IMG/VR virus record: IMGVR_UViG_3300042462_000200
Span: 1,874-65,873 of that record
Direction: 5' to 3' (one strand)
DNA: 64,000 nucleotides
From: a virus
Taxonomy: Duplodnaviria > Caudoviricetes
Part shown: in pieces, positions 57,501 to 64,000 of the stretch
Position numbering within the stretch: the first letter of the stretch is position 1
How the letters are laid out: every line of letters starts with the position of its first letter
Notes under the pieces: model-generated
The model's input: the letters and a program-made list of their open reading frames with translations, nothing else
The model's database searches: none
Told to the model about the DNA's origin: nothing
Translations under genes and position numbers: made by a program

Positions 57501-60500
57501 AAGCCTAACACAGACATTGCTGAGAAATCTGCAAATCCAATAGCCTCTGCAGAAAACGCTCCTAACAATCCAACAGCCATTGTTATGCCCAAGGTTCTCA
57601 TTGCGCCCGCTAAAGCTGCTGTTGCTTGAAGTCTCATAATAATTGAGATAATAGTATCTTTAAGTGCAAAGCCCATTGTTAAACCTCTATTGAGGTTTAT
57701 ACCAGCCCACCAGCCTGCTTTGAGCAATAGTGCGCCTGCTGCTAAAACTTCTACAGGACTAAACAATGCTGCAATACTAAATAAAGCTTTACCTGAAAAT
57801 ACTAATAAGTCTCCAGCTAATAACATAAGTGTTTTACGTACATTTGTACTAAACAACATTAAAGCTGCAGTGACTGCTGTTAGAGCAGCATATATAGAAA
57901 CTTTAAAGTTTACGCCAAGCATTCCTCCAAAGTCAATTGCATCAAGCTTATCCTTCAATCCTCTAAAATAGCCTATAATATCAATATTAGCAATATTATC
58001 AGTTAAGTTTTCAAAGAAACCTTTGTTACTTTCTTCTCTAAAGGATTCAGCAGCATCAGCTGATTTGCTAAATAAAGAAGCAATTAGTCCAACAAGTATT
58101 AAAATTCCTGGTCCACCTAATAACATCCTTGTCAATGCAGCGATCCAGCCGCCCATAGCAATACCTGCAGCTCTTGCAGTCATTATAAAGCTTACAGCAG
58201 CTGCTTTCATAGCACTAATTGCAGCTACAAAAGATTGTGCTAACGGTGCAAAAGAATATGAGGCTGCAGTAATTGGACCAAAGATGCTTAAGTAAAAGTT
58301 TCTAAAGAATCTAAGGATATTGCCAGAAAAGCCTGTAACAGCTATCCATCTACTAAAATATTGTGCCCAACTCGATAATGATGCTGCAAAGAACATTTCG
58401 GTCATCGCAGCAACACCTCTAAAGAAGTTTCTGAAATTACGAATACCAGCCATTAGCATTGGACCAAAAGCACCGCCAGCTGCAATACTAGAAGCCAATC
58501 CTGCTGTTGCAGTAAACTCTGATAGTATGCCTACAATATTAGCACGAACTAGCATACCTATTTTAGCAAAGCCAGCTAAACCGCCTTTACCAAATATTGC
58601 AAAATAGATTAAACCGCCGTTAATAATTAAAGCAGTAAGACTAGAATCATTATACAATGCATCAAAAGCACCTGATAGAGATGCTATCAACCCTATTATA
58701 GGAAGGAAATGCCAAGCTCTACCTGCTCCAAATAATAGCCTAGAGACTAAACCACCACCGCCTCCAAAGAAGTTACCAAGAATTGTCATTCTTGCCATAA
58801 AAGCCGTTATCGCATCAGTATAAAAGCCAAATGTTGCCAGGATGCCTAGTATACCTCTGCCAAAGAATATAGCGCCTACAAGACCTAAAGGGCCAGCCAT
58901 GCCAAAAGCACCGGCTATTCCGAAAAGAGCTTTAAACGCCCATCCAATGATAGGTAATTGTTTTAAGAATTCTTTTGTAAATTCGCTAATAAAGCCAAGA
59001 AACGAGCTGACAAGCAATGGCATATTAGCAAGGAATGATGCAAAAAGCTTTCCAGCTGCTGCGCCTAAATTATTGCCTAGGCCAGCTAAAAGACTTGCGT
59101 CACCTAAGTCTCTGCCAATTGTTTCTGCAAACATTGTAGCGCTTTGAATCGAAGCTGAAATTAAGGCTGCTTCAAGTAATAATGCAAAATTGCCAGAAGG
59201 TAAGAACATTCCTACAAGAATCGCACCAACACCTGCCGCTATTGCCTTGAATAGTAAAGGGAAATCATCTTTAAATTTATCAAACGTTTTAACAAAGCTA
59301 TCATACACACCTTCAAACTGTACCTTAGCATCATCTATATTTATTGGTATTTTAAATGAGACTGATTTAGGCTCTATATTAAGCTTAACCATAGCATCAT
59401 TAAATGCTGTAGTAACGGTACTGGCAATAGTTTTAAATAACGCAATTACACTATCTCTAAAACGTATAAGGCCAGGAGAAGCCTTTTCCCAAAGAGATTT
59501 GGAAGTATCTATAATACTATCAATTGTATCAGTCCACCACGAGTGGCCGATAACCGCATCCCATATTTTAAAGAAGATATTAATTACTTTATCTTTAAAG
59601 CTATTCAAGTACTCGTAAATACTGTCTAAATCACCTACCTTAAGGGTAACTGAATCTACCAAATTTGCAACGCCATCAGCAAGCGAACTAGTAGCAGAAG
59701 CAGCACTACCTAAAGCTTTGGCTACTTTATTAAAGATTAGTACTAGTTGATCTGGTAACTTGGTCAACTCTCTAATAATAGGCTTAACAAACTCAGCACC
59801 AATTTCAAAACCGTCAGCAAGCACTGACATTGAGTCTTTTATGACACTCTTGAGGCCATCTAGAGTTGTTAATAACGCTTTTCTAGCTTTAGGGTACAAA
59901 TCTTTAATCTTATCAATAACAGGCATAATAAACTTATCACTAAGTTTTATTCCCTTATCTAACAGATCCCCAATACTTTTTACACTATCTACAATTGCAG
60001 TTTCTACTTTTCTAAATAAAATCTTAGTATCAGTTGCAGGATCTGTGTGTTTAAGCACAAATTTAAATACTGTAAACTTACGTATCAAATCATCTAGAGG
60101 TTTTTGGGAACCCTCTGGAATCTTCCAAGAAGAAAATACTCTATAAAATTCTTGGCCAAGGGCTGTAACAACTTGTGTCAAAGGTTGCATATACGATTTG
60201 ACACGTATAATTGCTTCTTTTAATTGTACATCAAAATCAGCTGCAAATACTCTAATGCCACTGGTTTTTGTGCCTAAGCCAGATGTTAGTTTAGAAACAG
60301 CTTTTGCAAGGTCTTGAGAGACGCCTAATCCCTTATCTAATTCAAAGGCAAACCGTTTAGCGCCTTCAAAGCCAGCTTCCATTGCATTACCTAGCGTTGG
60401 ATTAATAGCTTTGAATTTCTCATTAATATAATCGGCTTGTTTTAGTAATGAACTGAAAACTACTGAAGTTGTTAATTTACCTTGTTCAGCAATTCCTTTT

Positions 60501-61483
60501 AATGCACCTACAGAAACGTGTAAAGACCGCGCAAGTGCGTCTGCAATAGCAGGTGCTTGTTCTAGCACAGAATTAAGCTCTTCGCCGCGTAGTGCCCCAG
60601 ATGAAAGACCTTGATTCAACTGCATCATTGCCGCTTTAAAGCCTTCTGACGAGCCACCAGACAACGCCTGCGATTGCTGTAACACCTTAGTGACTCTGAA
60701 CAGTTGCTCACTAGTTGCCCCAACGTCTTTCATAGCACGCCCAACACCGGAGAAAGCATCTGCAGTAGATGCATAAGTGGTGCGTGTTTCTGCAGCAACC
60801 TTTAATAGTGCTTGTTGTGCTTCTGAAAATGCAACAGTACGCCCTGTTACCATTGCAATCTTAGATTCTATTTCAGTAAAAGATGATGTAATATCTGATA
60901 ATGACTTTACAAACATTCCAATAGTAGCAATAGAGCCAAAAGCGGCAATTGCAGTGCCAATAGAACCGACAGCACTTGTAATATTGCCTGAGATACCTGT
61001 AATACTTTTATTTATATTTAAGAGACTACTTTCAGTATCTCTGAGGTCTTTCTTAGAAATACCCTCTGACATTTGTTTAGAAATCTTTTTAGATGTTCTA
61101 TCAATCTCAGATGAAAAGCTCTTTAATGCAGCATCGTTAGGTTTTAACGTAATCTCATTAAAAGCCTTCTCTACTCGCTTACCTGCCATCTCTGCGGATA
61201 CACCAATATTAACAAATTCTTTTGAATATCGGTTATCTACACTAGAAGAACCTTTAAATAACTTATCAGTGCTGCTTTGCAACTTATCAATTTTAGGTGA
61301 TAAATTATTTAAAGCTTTCTCTGTCTTGTCTAGTGGAACTTCCTTTTTGAGTGATAGATTTTCTAAACCCTTATCAACAGCCTTAAGACTTGCTGTGATA
61401 TTTCGTACTACATCGTTTAATCGTTCTAATGAAGTCTCTGCTTGGGATACCTTCGCTTCGACTTCGATGACTATACCTGACAT
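51536..61483 (-). CDS. Tape measure protein with a lytic transglycosylase domain
   Basis: QLNQGLSSGALRGEELNSVLEQAP tape-measure motif, long TM-rich region, SLT motifs AAIEHES / GLGQF / AQYL, C-terminal ATGG.I.GPGTGTSDSIP.MLSNGEFV. Confidence 0.93.
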   Translation of the reverse strand: MSGIVIEVEAKVSQAETSLERLNDVVRNITASLKAVDKGLENLSLKKEVPLDKTEKALNNLSPKIDKLQSSTDKLFKGSSSVDNRYSKEFVNIGVSAEMAGKRVEKAFNEITLKPNDAALKSFSSEIDRTSKKISKQMSEGISKKDLRDTESSLLNINKSITGISGNITSAVGSIGTAIAAFGSIATIGMFVKSLSDITSSFTEIESKIAMVTGRTVAFSEAQQALLKVAAETRTTYASTADAFSGVGRAMKDVGATSEQLFRVTKVLQQSQALSGGSSEGFKAAMMQLNQGLSSGALRGEELNSVLEQAPAIADALARSLHVSVGALKGIAEQGKLTTSVVFSSLLKQADYINEKFKAINPTLGNAMEAGFEGAKRFAFELDKGLGVSQDLAKAVSKLTSGLGTKTSGIRVFAADFDVQLKEAIIRVKSYMQPLTQVVTALGQEFYRVFSSWKIPEGSQKPLDDLIRKFTVFKFVLKHTDPATDTKILFRKVETAIVDSVKSIGDLLDKGIKLSDKFIMPVIDKIKDLYPKARKALLTTLDGLKSVIKDSMSVLADGFEIGAEFVKPIIRELTKLPDQLVLIFNKVAKALGSAASATSSLADGVANLVDSVTLKVGDLDSIYEYLNSFKDKVINIFFKIWDAVIGHSWWTDTIDSIIDTSKSLWEKASPGLIRFRDSVIALFKTIASTVTTAFNDAMVKLNIEPKSVSFKIPINIDDAKVQFEGVYDSFVKTFDKFKDDFPLLFKAIAAGVGAILVGMFLPSGNFALLLEAALISASIQSATMFAETIGRDLGDASLLAGLGNNLGAAAGKLFASFLANMPLLVSSFLGFISEFTKEFLKQLPIIGWAFKALFGIAGAFGMAGPLGLVGAIFFGRGILGILATFGFYTDAITAFMARMTILGNFFGGGGGLVSRLLFGAGRAWHFLPIIGLIASLSGAFDALYNDSSLTALIINGGLIYFAIFGKGGLAGFAKIGMLVRANIVGILSEFTATAGLASSIAAGGAFGPMLMAGIRNFRNFFRGVAAMTEMFFAASLSSWAQYFSRWIAVTGFSGNILRFFRNFYLSIFGPITAASYSFAPLAQSFVAAISAMKAAAVSFIMTARAAGIAMGGWIAALTRMLLGGPGILILVGLIASLFSKSADAAESFREESNKGFFENLTDNIANIDIIGYFRGLKDKLDAIDFGGMLGVNFKVSIYAALTAVTAALMLFSTNVRKTLMLLAGDLLVFSGKALFSIAALFSPVEVLAAGALLLKAGWWAGINLNRGLTMGFALKDTIISIIMRLQATAALAGAMRTLGITMAVGLLGAFSAEAIGFADFSAMSVLGFTAIAAFIYPILDGLTVIPAAITAAFTGGTIMQAIGVLSARILLMFAPLGLAAAGAFAGAWAGGQFGDDMAMIGGLAGALLAFKFTESIMTGITEFLAVGTRLMTLGWVGLALTAAGIIYVWLFGSDSSSLSQDLDEVIEKTRTLFGMKPNPVDFRTGLRLDDLQAAATMGIKIDYKIDPISAALASDSSKEAVTKATEDLAQAIRDAKADWDISGLTQDQRDLLQKKVKATAARVDAASASTPFVFKDFGKNLTQAQRYRPDTLWGQLQKQGAQAALDAEFEVKLKQLSIASRMPWNQTSAARLDLKSQRDAVSLSRDTTYNANYSPLDAETAKLAQLTKGFDNLGPVGPKMMAHLKDTGREIIALTKQINENKYWFWEHPNGKIWENAAPDPKLIAQMKMLRAEYKSTAEDIVRYSTIMKAAQSFAGRISSIASKFDMKGVESKLDTNKIFANSDTAVNRMEKLGEAAERLSKSLEGVFDIKAKNDIILNIEEVVKQKERLKEDSVQSYKYASPVIPKMAEELGLGAGKAAAGLPENISGPVLARMTELKRQREDFLNKPVRPVNPDSIPQDFVKETAQNKHETMVYQGDMRLWQTRKKNQETVIKTLEEEFANNKLGSTQAALIQAKREATKIQMEEPVKPALAMLDAKAQQAKMEKLRIEYKQKLAVYNADNFEYFDKYMKNLTESFDLGDQLRKELWGNVKTKPGQMADVANKLNIDIGDLYNTFGADVAAGLLQQADDIAADIDRAMATQQYDKLPALKQRKAALTASMTIPEFKSRGAMAESMGLDQSLIPGISTEVLDSLEAGYKKIKEIDTYLEVNKNTISDATYQAKLQEKLNEQISGKRAALGASFGRPSFELQARIGTNLTGAQLSLISQADVDNLKAAELNLAKIKLDLDGSNANADTLTEYFKALADQAEARYQASRNAASKTGAGMMQSLADVNFSGASKLNLLPPAIVQNVIKLSNYIKDLKHDLEQPTSPEAFIAINKEIAKTEEALSSVRDQYASFQDKIGSVNEAFGVSFSNIDFVSLGASLTRTLVTVAQSLKTELAKEMEQGFLSVRAESIIKVLDSLQNTGTYLKFFADFRKNARESLTDGMKSAFDKIKSIAPNFGFTQSQFQMMDKGTRNQYSKQASDLTALTAIQGLNGLTENQTNIMNKGLPVDQMMEELIKSFDTNQLKQYEKLTSSPVDLQLKAADTQLEAAKMNLEAAKGKVTEVSTPFKEASKQAVELAKGPRSGVTSLAEMAKDIPWSANTPKPKFRPDVERWDSLIQDAVKEFPNVTVDMVKAAIEHESRGLNIKSGITPKPGYKETSFGLGQFNDITAKTLGIDKTDPASTIKGIAQYLSLNMKTFGTVRDAFRAFAVGPTGAKRGGGQDKADEFMTTLATGRAPKSAPITAPSQSAVRESIAKPIADAVSKPVEQLQAPQGELSKQYIADSLLKLKQLNMQKPLDAYNLDLAINKLNPTLNTPAEMLTQHGAKLGKDVVSQMDATQIMSATELNTKILELQQQFEAAPTPDLQQSITDYFEMLKAFTEGVAAKTPLKVNPVISAEQFNKGTGGNRQAYVGRFGKIGEDVTAYFNEMQLNQAKLMTDDLLNAEKELNMAKSRNEATADLQRKVEKLTSALKDMGEAIVEDAKAAEEAGQANASGIGGGFRDAFKGVLSGDSSQGGGVFGTFKKKMFSSVADNAMNSITSGVSQGLGFGKGGAATKFLAAGGTGLFNLAKGGISKLGGLFGMGGPRDGTQPGESKGVPASDAGAVTTPEATDMSASVTDSVKTGFETIKWDEIFKPLQTFLGSIGNALQALSSGGDINWAGLGSSFLGMFKSGAGSSGGSTGASPTSGTSVGGTAWQVAATGGFITGPGTGTSDSIPTMLSNGEFVINAKAASKHMDLISAINDGKQFHKFAVGGSVGDASAAIMSVPSAPLGKQLSTSSKAGKSTIVNLSITGDISRQTRNEVYRMIPSIASGVNTHNKEQNYKG

Positions 61484-61497
61484 CCTGTTTCTCCATT

Positions 61498-61540
61498 AAA
61501 AACCCCTCCACTAATACCATAAGGTAATAATAAAGGGGTG
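61498..61540 (-). terminator. Tphi-like terminator/attenuator before the TMP
   Basis: ACCCCUUUAUUAUUACC-UUAU-GGUAUUAGUGGAGGGG-UUUUU. Confidence 0.65.
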
Positions 61541-61543
61541 TTA

Positions 61544-61840
61544 TTAGTTTGTAGGTGTAACAATAACACCATTAGAGTCTACTTGACTGTGTTCTAATAA
61601 TGTTCGTTCAATGAAGTACGCAGGAGCTTGTTTACTACTGCCTGAATTCAATTCACTGATATACTCAACATCATTAATTATTTTTCCATTCACATTTTGC
61701 CAACCATCTCTAGCGTGACCAGTGTCTACAGGAGTGGCAGCTTTTAATGCTTCTACTAAAGTATCTACAGTATCATTTATAACAACTTGTGCTTTTGCCT
61801 GTAGAATTTCATTTAGATTTAAAGTAACTTTGATACTCAT
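61544..61840 (-). CDS. HK97 gp10-like tail completion protein
   Basis: TPVDTG.AR.GW, NDVEYI..LN.GSSKQAP..F. Confidence 0.8.
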   Translation of the reverse strand: MSIKVTLNLNEILQAKAQVVINDTVDTLVEALKAATPVDTGHARDGWQNVNGKIINDVEYISELNSGSSKQAPAYFIERTLLEHSQVDSNGVIVTPTN

Positions 61841-62187
61841 TTTAGTACCTCTCCCCCAGACGCTTTCATTAGTTGCTGGAAGAATCCTGAGCGTTTGAAG
61901 TTACTTGAATCAAACTCGCCTTCCTCTTTATTGCCTTTAGATTTTGGATTGTAAATAGCATCTAATGAAGTAAACAGTTGCCAAGGTTTTTCCTTGACAC
62001 CCTGTACTTGTATAAGCTTAGCTGCTCTATCATCTGCACGCCATTCTACAGGTCTCTGTTCCAGATAGTCAAACCAACCTAGTAGTTCTTCATATGTCAT
62101 CTGTTCATACACCTGATAGACTGGCATCTTCAAATGAAAAGCCAATTCAAAAATAGCTAGTTCATCTGAACTTAAGCTGACTTTCCC
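61837..62187 (-). CDS. Tail assembly chaperone, frameshifted C-terminal part (gpT-like)
   Basis: -1 frame is open from the GGGAAAG slippery site: VSLSSDELAIFELAFHLKMPV...MTYEELLGW. Confidence 0.8.
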   Translation of the reverse strand, partial: GKVSLSSDELAIFELAFHLKMPVYQVYEQMTYEELLGWFDYLEQRPVEWRADDRAAKLIQVQGVKEKPWQLFTSLDAIYNPKSKGNKEEGEFDSSNFKRSGFFQQLMKASGGEVLK

Positions 62188-62489
62188 ACTTCTTGACCTA
62201 GTCCAGAATACTTCATAATTTCATTAGATAGTCGTGATAACTCATCCATTGGAAAATTATCAAAATCATTATCATCTAAATCAGTGCCACCTTCAACAGC
62301 AGAACAAATAACAGTCTTCAATAACTCTAAGCCTGCGTTTTCATCTTTTTCTGCGTCTTTAGCTTTTGCTTGAATTGCTAAAACTTCAGCAACAGTTAAC
62401 TTAGAGATTTTAACATCTCCGCCTAAGAACTTAACTGTTTTGGTCATACGTTGACCAACAAGTGCTTTAATACCTTTTGCTTCTGACAT
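62172..62489 (-). CDS. Tail assembly chaperone (gpG-like)
   Basis: Between tail tube and TMP; ends GGA AAG TCA GCT TAA. Confidence 0.8.
   Translation of the reverse strand: MSEAKGIKALVGQRMTKTVKFLGGDVKISKLTVAEVLAIQAKAKDAEKDENAGLELLKTVICSAVEGGTDLDDNDFDNFPMDELSRLSNEIMKYSGLGQEVGKSA
62181..62187 (-). other. -1 programmed ribosomal frameshift site G GGA AAG
   Basis: Same heptamer as lambda G-T; -1 frame continues into the 61837 ORF. Confidence 0.85.
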
Positions 62490-62490
62490 G

Positions 62491-62706
62491 TTACTTACCT
62501 TTATTAATTTTGCGCTCATCTAATTGTGCTCGCATTTGATGTAAAATTGAGAGAGTTTCGAAAGCCTCTGTTTTCTTTGCAGCTGACAAAGAATCATCTT
62601 TCGTTCTTTCGAATGTTTTATTAATACTTATATCTATGCTTTTCAACATATGCTTGACTGTAATACCAATTACATATTCCAAGCTAAATGGTTTATCAAA
62701 GTCCAT
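62491..62706 (-). CDS. Hypothetical protein in the tail operon
   Basis: AAGGA RBS then MDFDKPFS... Confidence 0.55.
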   Translation of the reverse strand: MDFDKPFSLEYVIGITVKHMLKSIDISINKTFERTKDDSLSAAKKTEAFETLSILHQMRAQLDERKINKGK

Positions 62707-62786
62707 AATCATCCTTAAATATAAAGACGGCCTTGTTGTTTTAATTGCTCCAGCCGTTAAGCATTCCATATAGGAAATAAGGTAGA

Positions 62787-63557
62787 TTAATCTACAGTGA
62801 AGGCACCATAAACATCTGATTGTACAGCAATTGTTAATTTAGCTGTAATTGCATCAGTTAAACTTGGTGTTACTTCTAACGCTTCCATTTTGCCTAAGAA
62901 GTAATAACTTGTATTTTCTACAGCAGCTAATGGAGTAGAGCCGTCATCAGCAATAGAATCATCAGTAGCAGTACCAGCAGTACCTACAGTTGCATTATAG
63001 CCATCTGGTTTAGTGTCTAGCAGTGTAAATCTGAAAAGATATACACGACCATCACCAACCTTTGCAAACGATGCAATTGGAGTTACATCTGTGCCACCAT
63101 TTAGTGTGTTATTTGCCCATAGCGCAGGTACATAATTAAGCGTCAATTCCATAGTAGGAGAATCGGCTTGCCCTTGAATTTGCAATGAGTTCTTTTTACC
63201 GTAGTTAGGAACTTTTACAATATTGGCAGGTGTGCCAATAGCAGGAAATTCTTTAACGTGACGAATTCTAATATAGTTTTTAGTATTAGCATAAGTTAGT
63301 GCTGCTTCTCCAGAAATAGAAACTTCCTTAACAAACAAGCCAGTTGCATTGCCAGCGGGTAGCGTATTTATTAGAGCCGTATTTGCTGCGCCTAATCCGG
63401 TGCCACCTGGAATACTACTAATAGTTGCAATAGTTTTTTCCATTTCAGCAAAAGTGACTTCGTCTGCACCACCATATTCTGTTGCCGTGCCTGTTGCTAA
63501 TAAAGATACTGAGAGATCTGCGAAACGTGCAGCACCCAAAGATTTAATATGTGCCAT
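62787..63557 (-). CDS. Major tail (tube) protein, copy 2
   Basis: KEFPAIGTPANIVKVP.YG...QIQGQADSPTMELTLNYVP; upstream of the chaperones and TMP. Confidence 0.8.
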   Translation of the reverse strand: MAHIKSLGAARFADLSVSLLATGTATEYGGADEVTFAEMEKTIATISSIPGGTGLGAANTALINTLPAGNATGLFVKEVSISGEAALTYANTKNYIRIRHVKEFPAIGTPANIVKVPNYGKKNSLQIQGQADSPTMELTLNYVPALWANNTLNGGTDVTPIASFAKVGDGRVYLFRFTLLDTKPDGYNATVGTAGTATDDSIADDGSTPLAAVENTSYYFLGKMEALEVTPSLTDAITAKLTIAVQSDVYGAFTVD

Positions 63558-63566
63558 GTCTGCTCC

Positions 63567-64000
63567 TTAAGCTGAGTATGCGCCAACAATTGAAGATTGA
63601 ACAGAGATTGTTAATTTCGCTGTCATTGCATCGGTCAAGCTAGGGGTTACTTCTAAGGCTTCTAATTTACCCAAGAAATAATAGCAAGAGTTCGGTGTAC
63701 CGCCAAAACCATCCTTAAGGTCAACAGCGCCTGCAGTTAAGGCAGGAGCTTTAGATAATAAAGCAAATCTAAACAAATAAATTTTCTTATTAGAAACTTT
63801 AACTGCGCCTCCAGTTCCGGTAACAACGTTACCAGCCCATTCTGAAGGTACATAGTTTAATGTAATCTCCATTTGCGGTGCATCAGCTTGGCCTTGGATT
63901 TGGAAAGAAGTTTCTGAACCGTATTCAGGAACTTTTACAATGTTAGCTGGAGTACCAATAGCTGGAAACTCCTTAATATTACGAATTTCAACAAAATCAG
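63567..64000 (-). CDS. Major tail (tube) protein, copy 1 (5' end outside window)
   Basis: Frame is open to the window edge: ..EIRNIKEFPAIGTPANIVKVPEYG..QIQGQADAPQMEITLNYVP..LEVTPSLTDAMTAKLTI. Confidence 0.8.
   Translation of the reverse strand, partial: DFVEIRNIKEFPAIGTPANIVKVPEYGSETSFQIQGQADAPQMEITLNYVPSEWAGNVVTGTGGAVKVSNKKIYLFRFALLSKAPALTAGAVDLKDGFGGTPNSCYYFLGKLEALEVTPSLTDAMTAKLTISVQSSIVGAYSA

Noticed and set aside
51567-61499. Long plus-strand ORFs (e.g. 51567-52724, 60777-61499) and other + ORFs across the window
   Set aside because: Antisense shadows of codon-biased minus-strand genes; no RBS or recognisable motifs
1-64000. tRNA genes, integrase/repressor, stop-codon reassignment
   Set aside because: No cloverleaf or T-loop consensus noticed by eye; no lysogeny genes seen; core genes are full-length in the standard code

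Overview
The window is a 64-kb segment of a lytic, AT-rich tailed dsDNA phage with essentially every gene on the minus strand. In transcription order (high to low coordinates) it holds: (1) a long non-contractile tail module with two tandem tail-tube paralogues, a chaperone with a lambda-type GGGAAAG -1 frameshift, a 3315-aa tape measure, Dit, tip proteins and a fibre; (2) holin, PhoH and a GNAT-like gene; (3) a putative early region of small ORFs; (4) a short T7-type single-subunit RNA polymerase; (5) a T7-like replication module (SSB, PolA, exonuclease, primase-helicase) with NrdAB, ligase and PNK; (6) accessory ORFs; (7) TerS and a TerL interrupted by a canonical group I intron carrying an HNH endonuclease; (8) about 10 kb of fibre/spike genes; (9) endolysin and portal. 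The most striking signal is an RNA-level control layer that the ORF track does not explain. A type III hammerhead ribozyme sits between two early genes (37072-37128), directly behind an H-type pseudoknot that recurs with compensatory changes at 32322-32348. Long G-U-rich cUUCGg hairpins and a structured RNAP leader are also present. Other notable items: two distinct repeated promoter-like motifs, two GC-rich TGCC-repeat islands next to one of them, a PolA with Gln at the steric-gate Glu and Phe at the Tyr766 position, tandem stand-alone AP2 genes, and a roughly 8-copy expansion of a ~60-aa domain. All calls come from reading the sequence by eye; no database searches were run.
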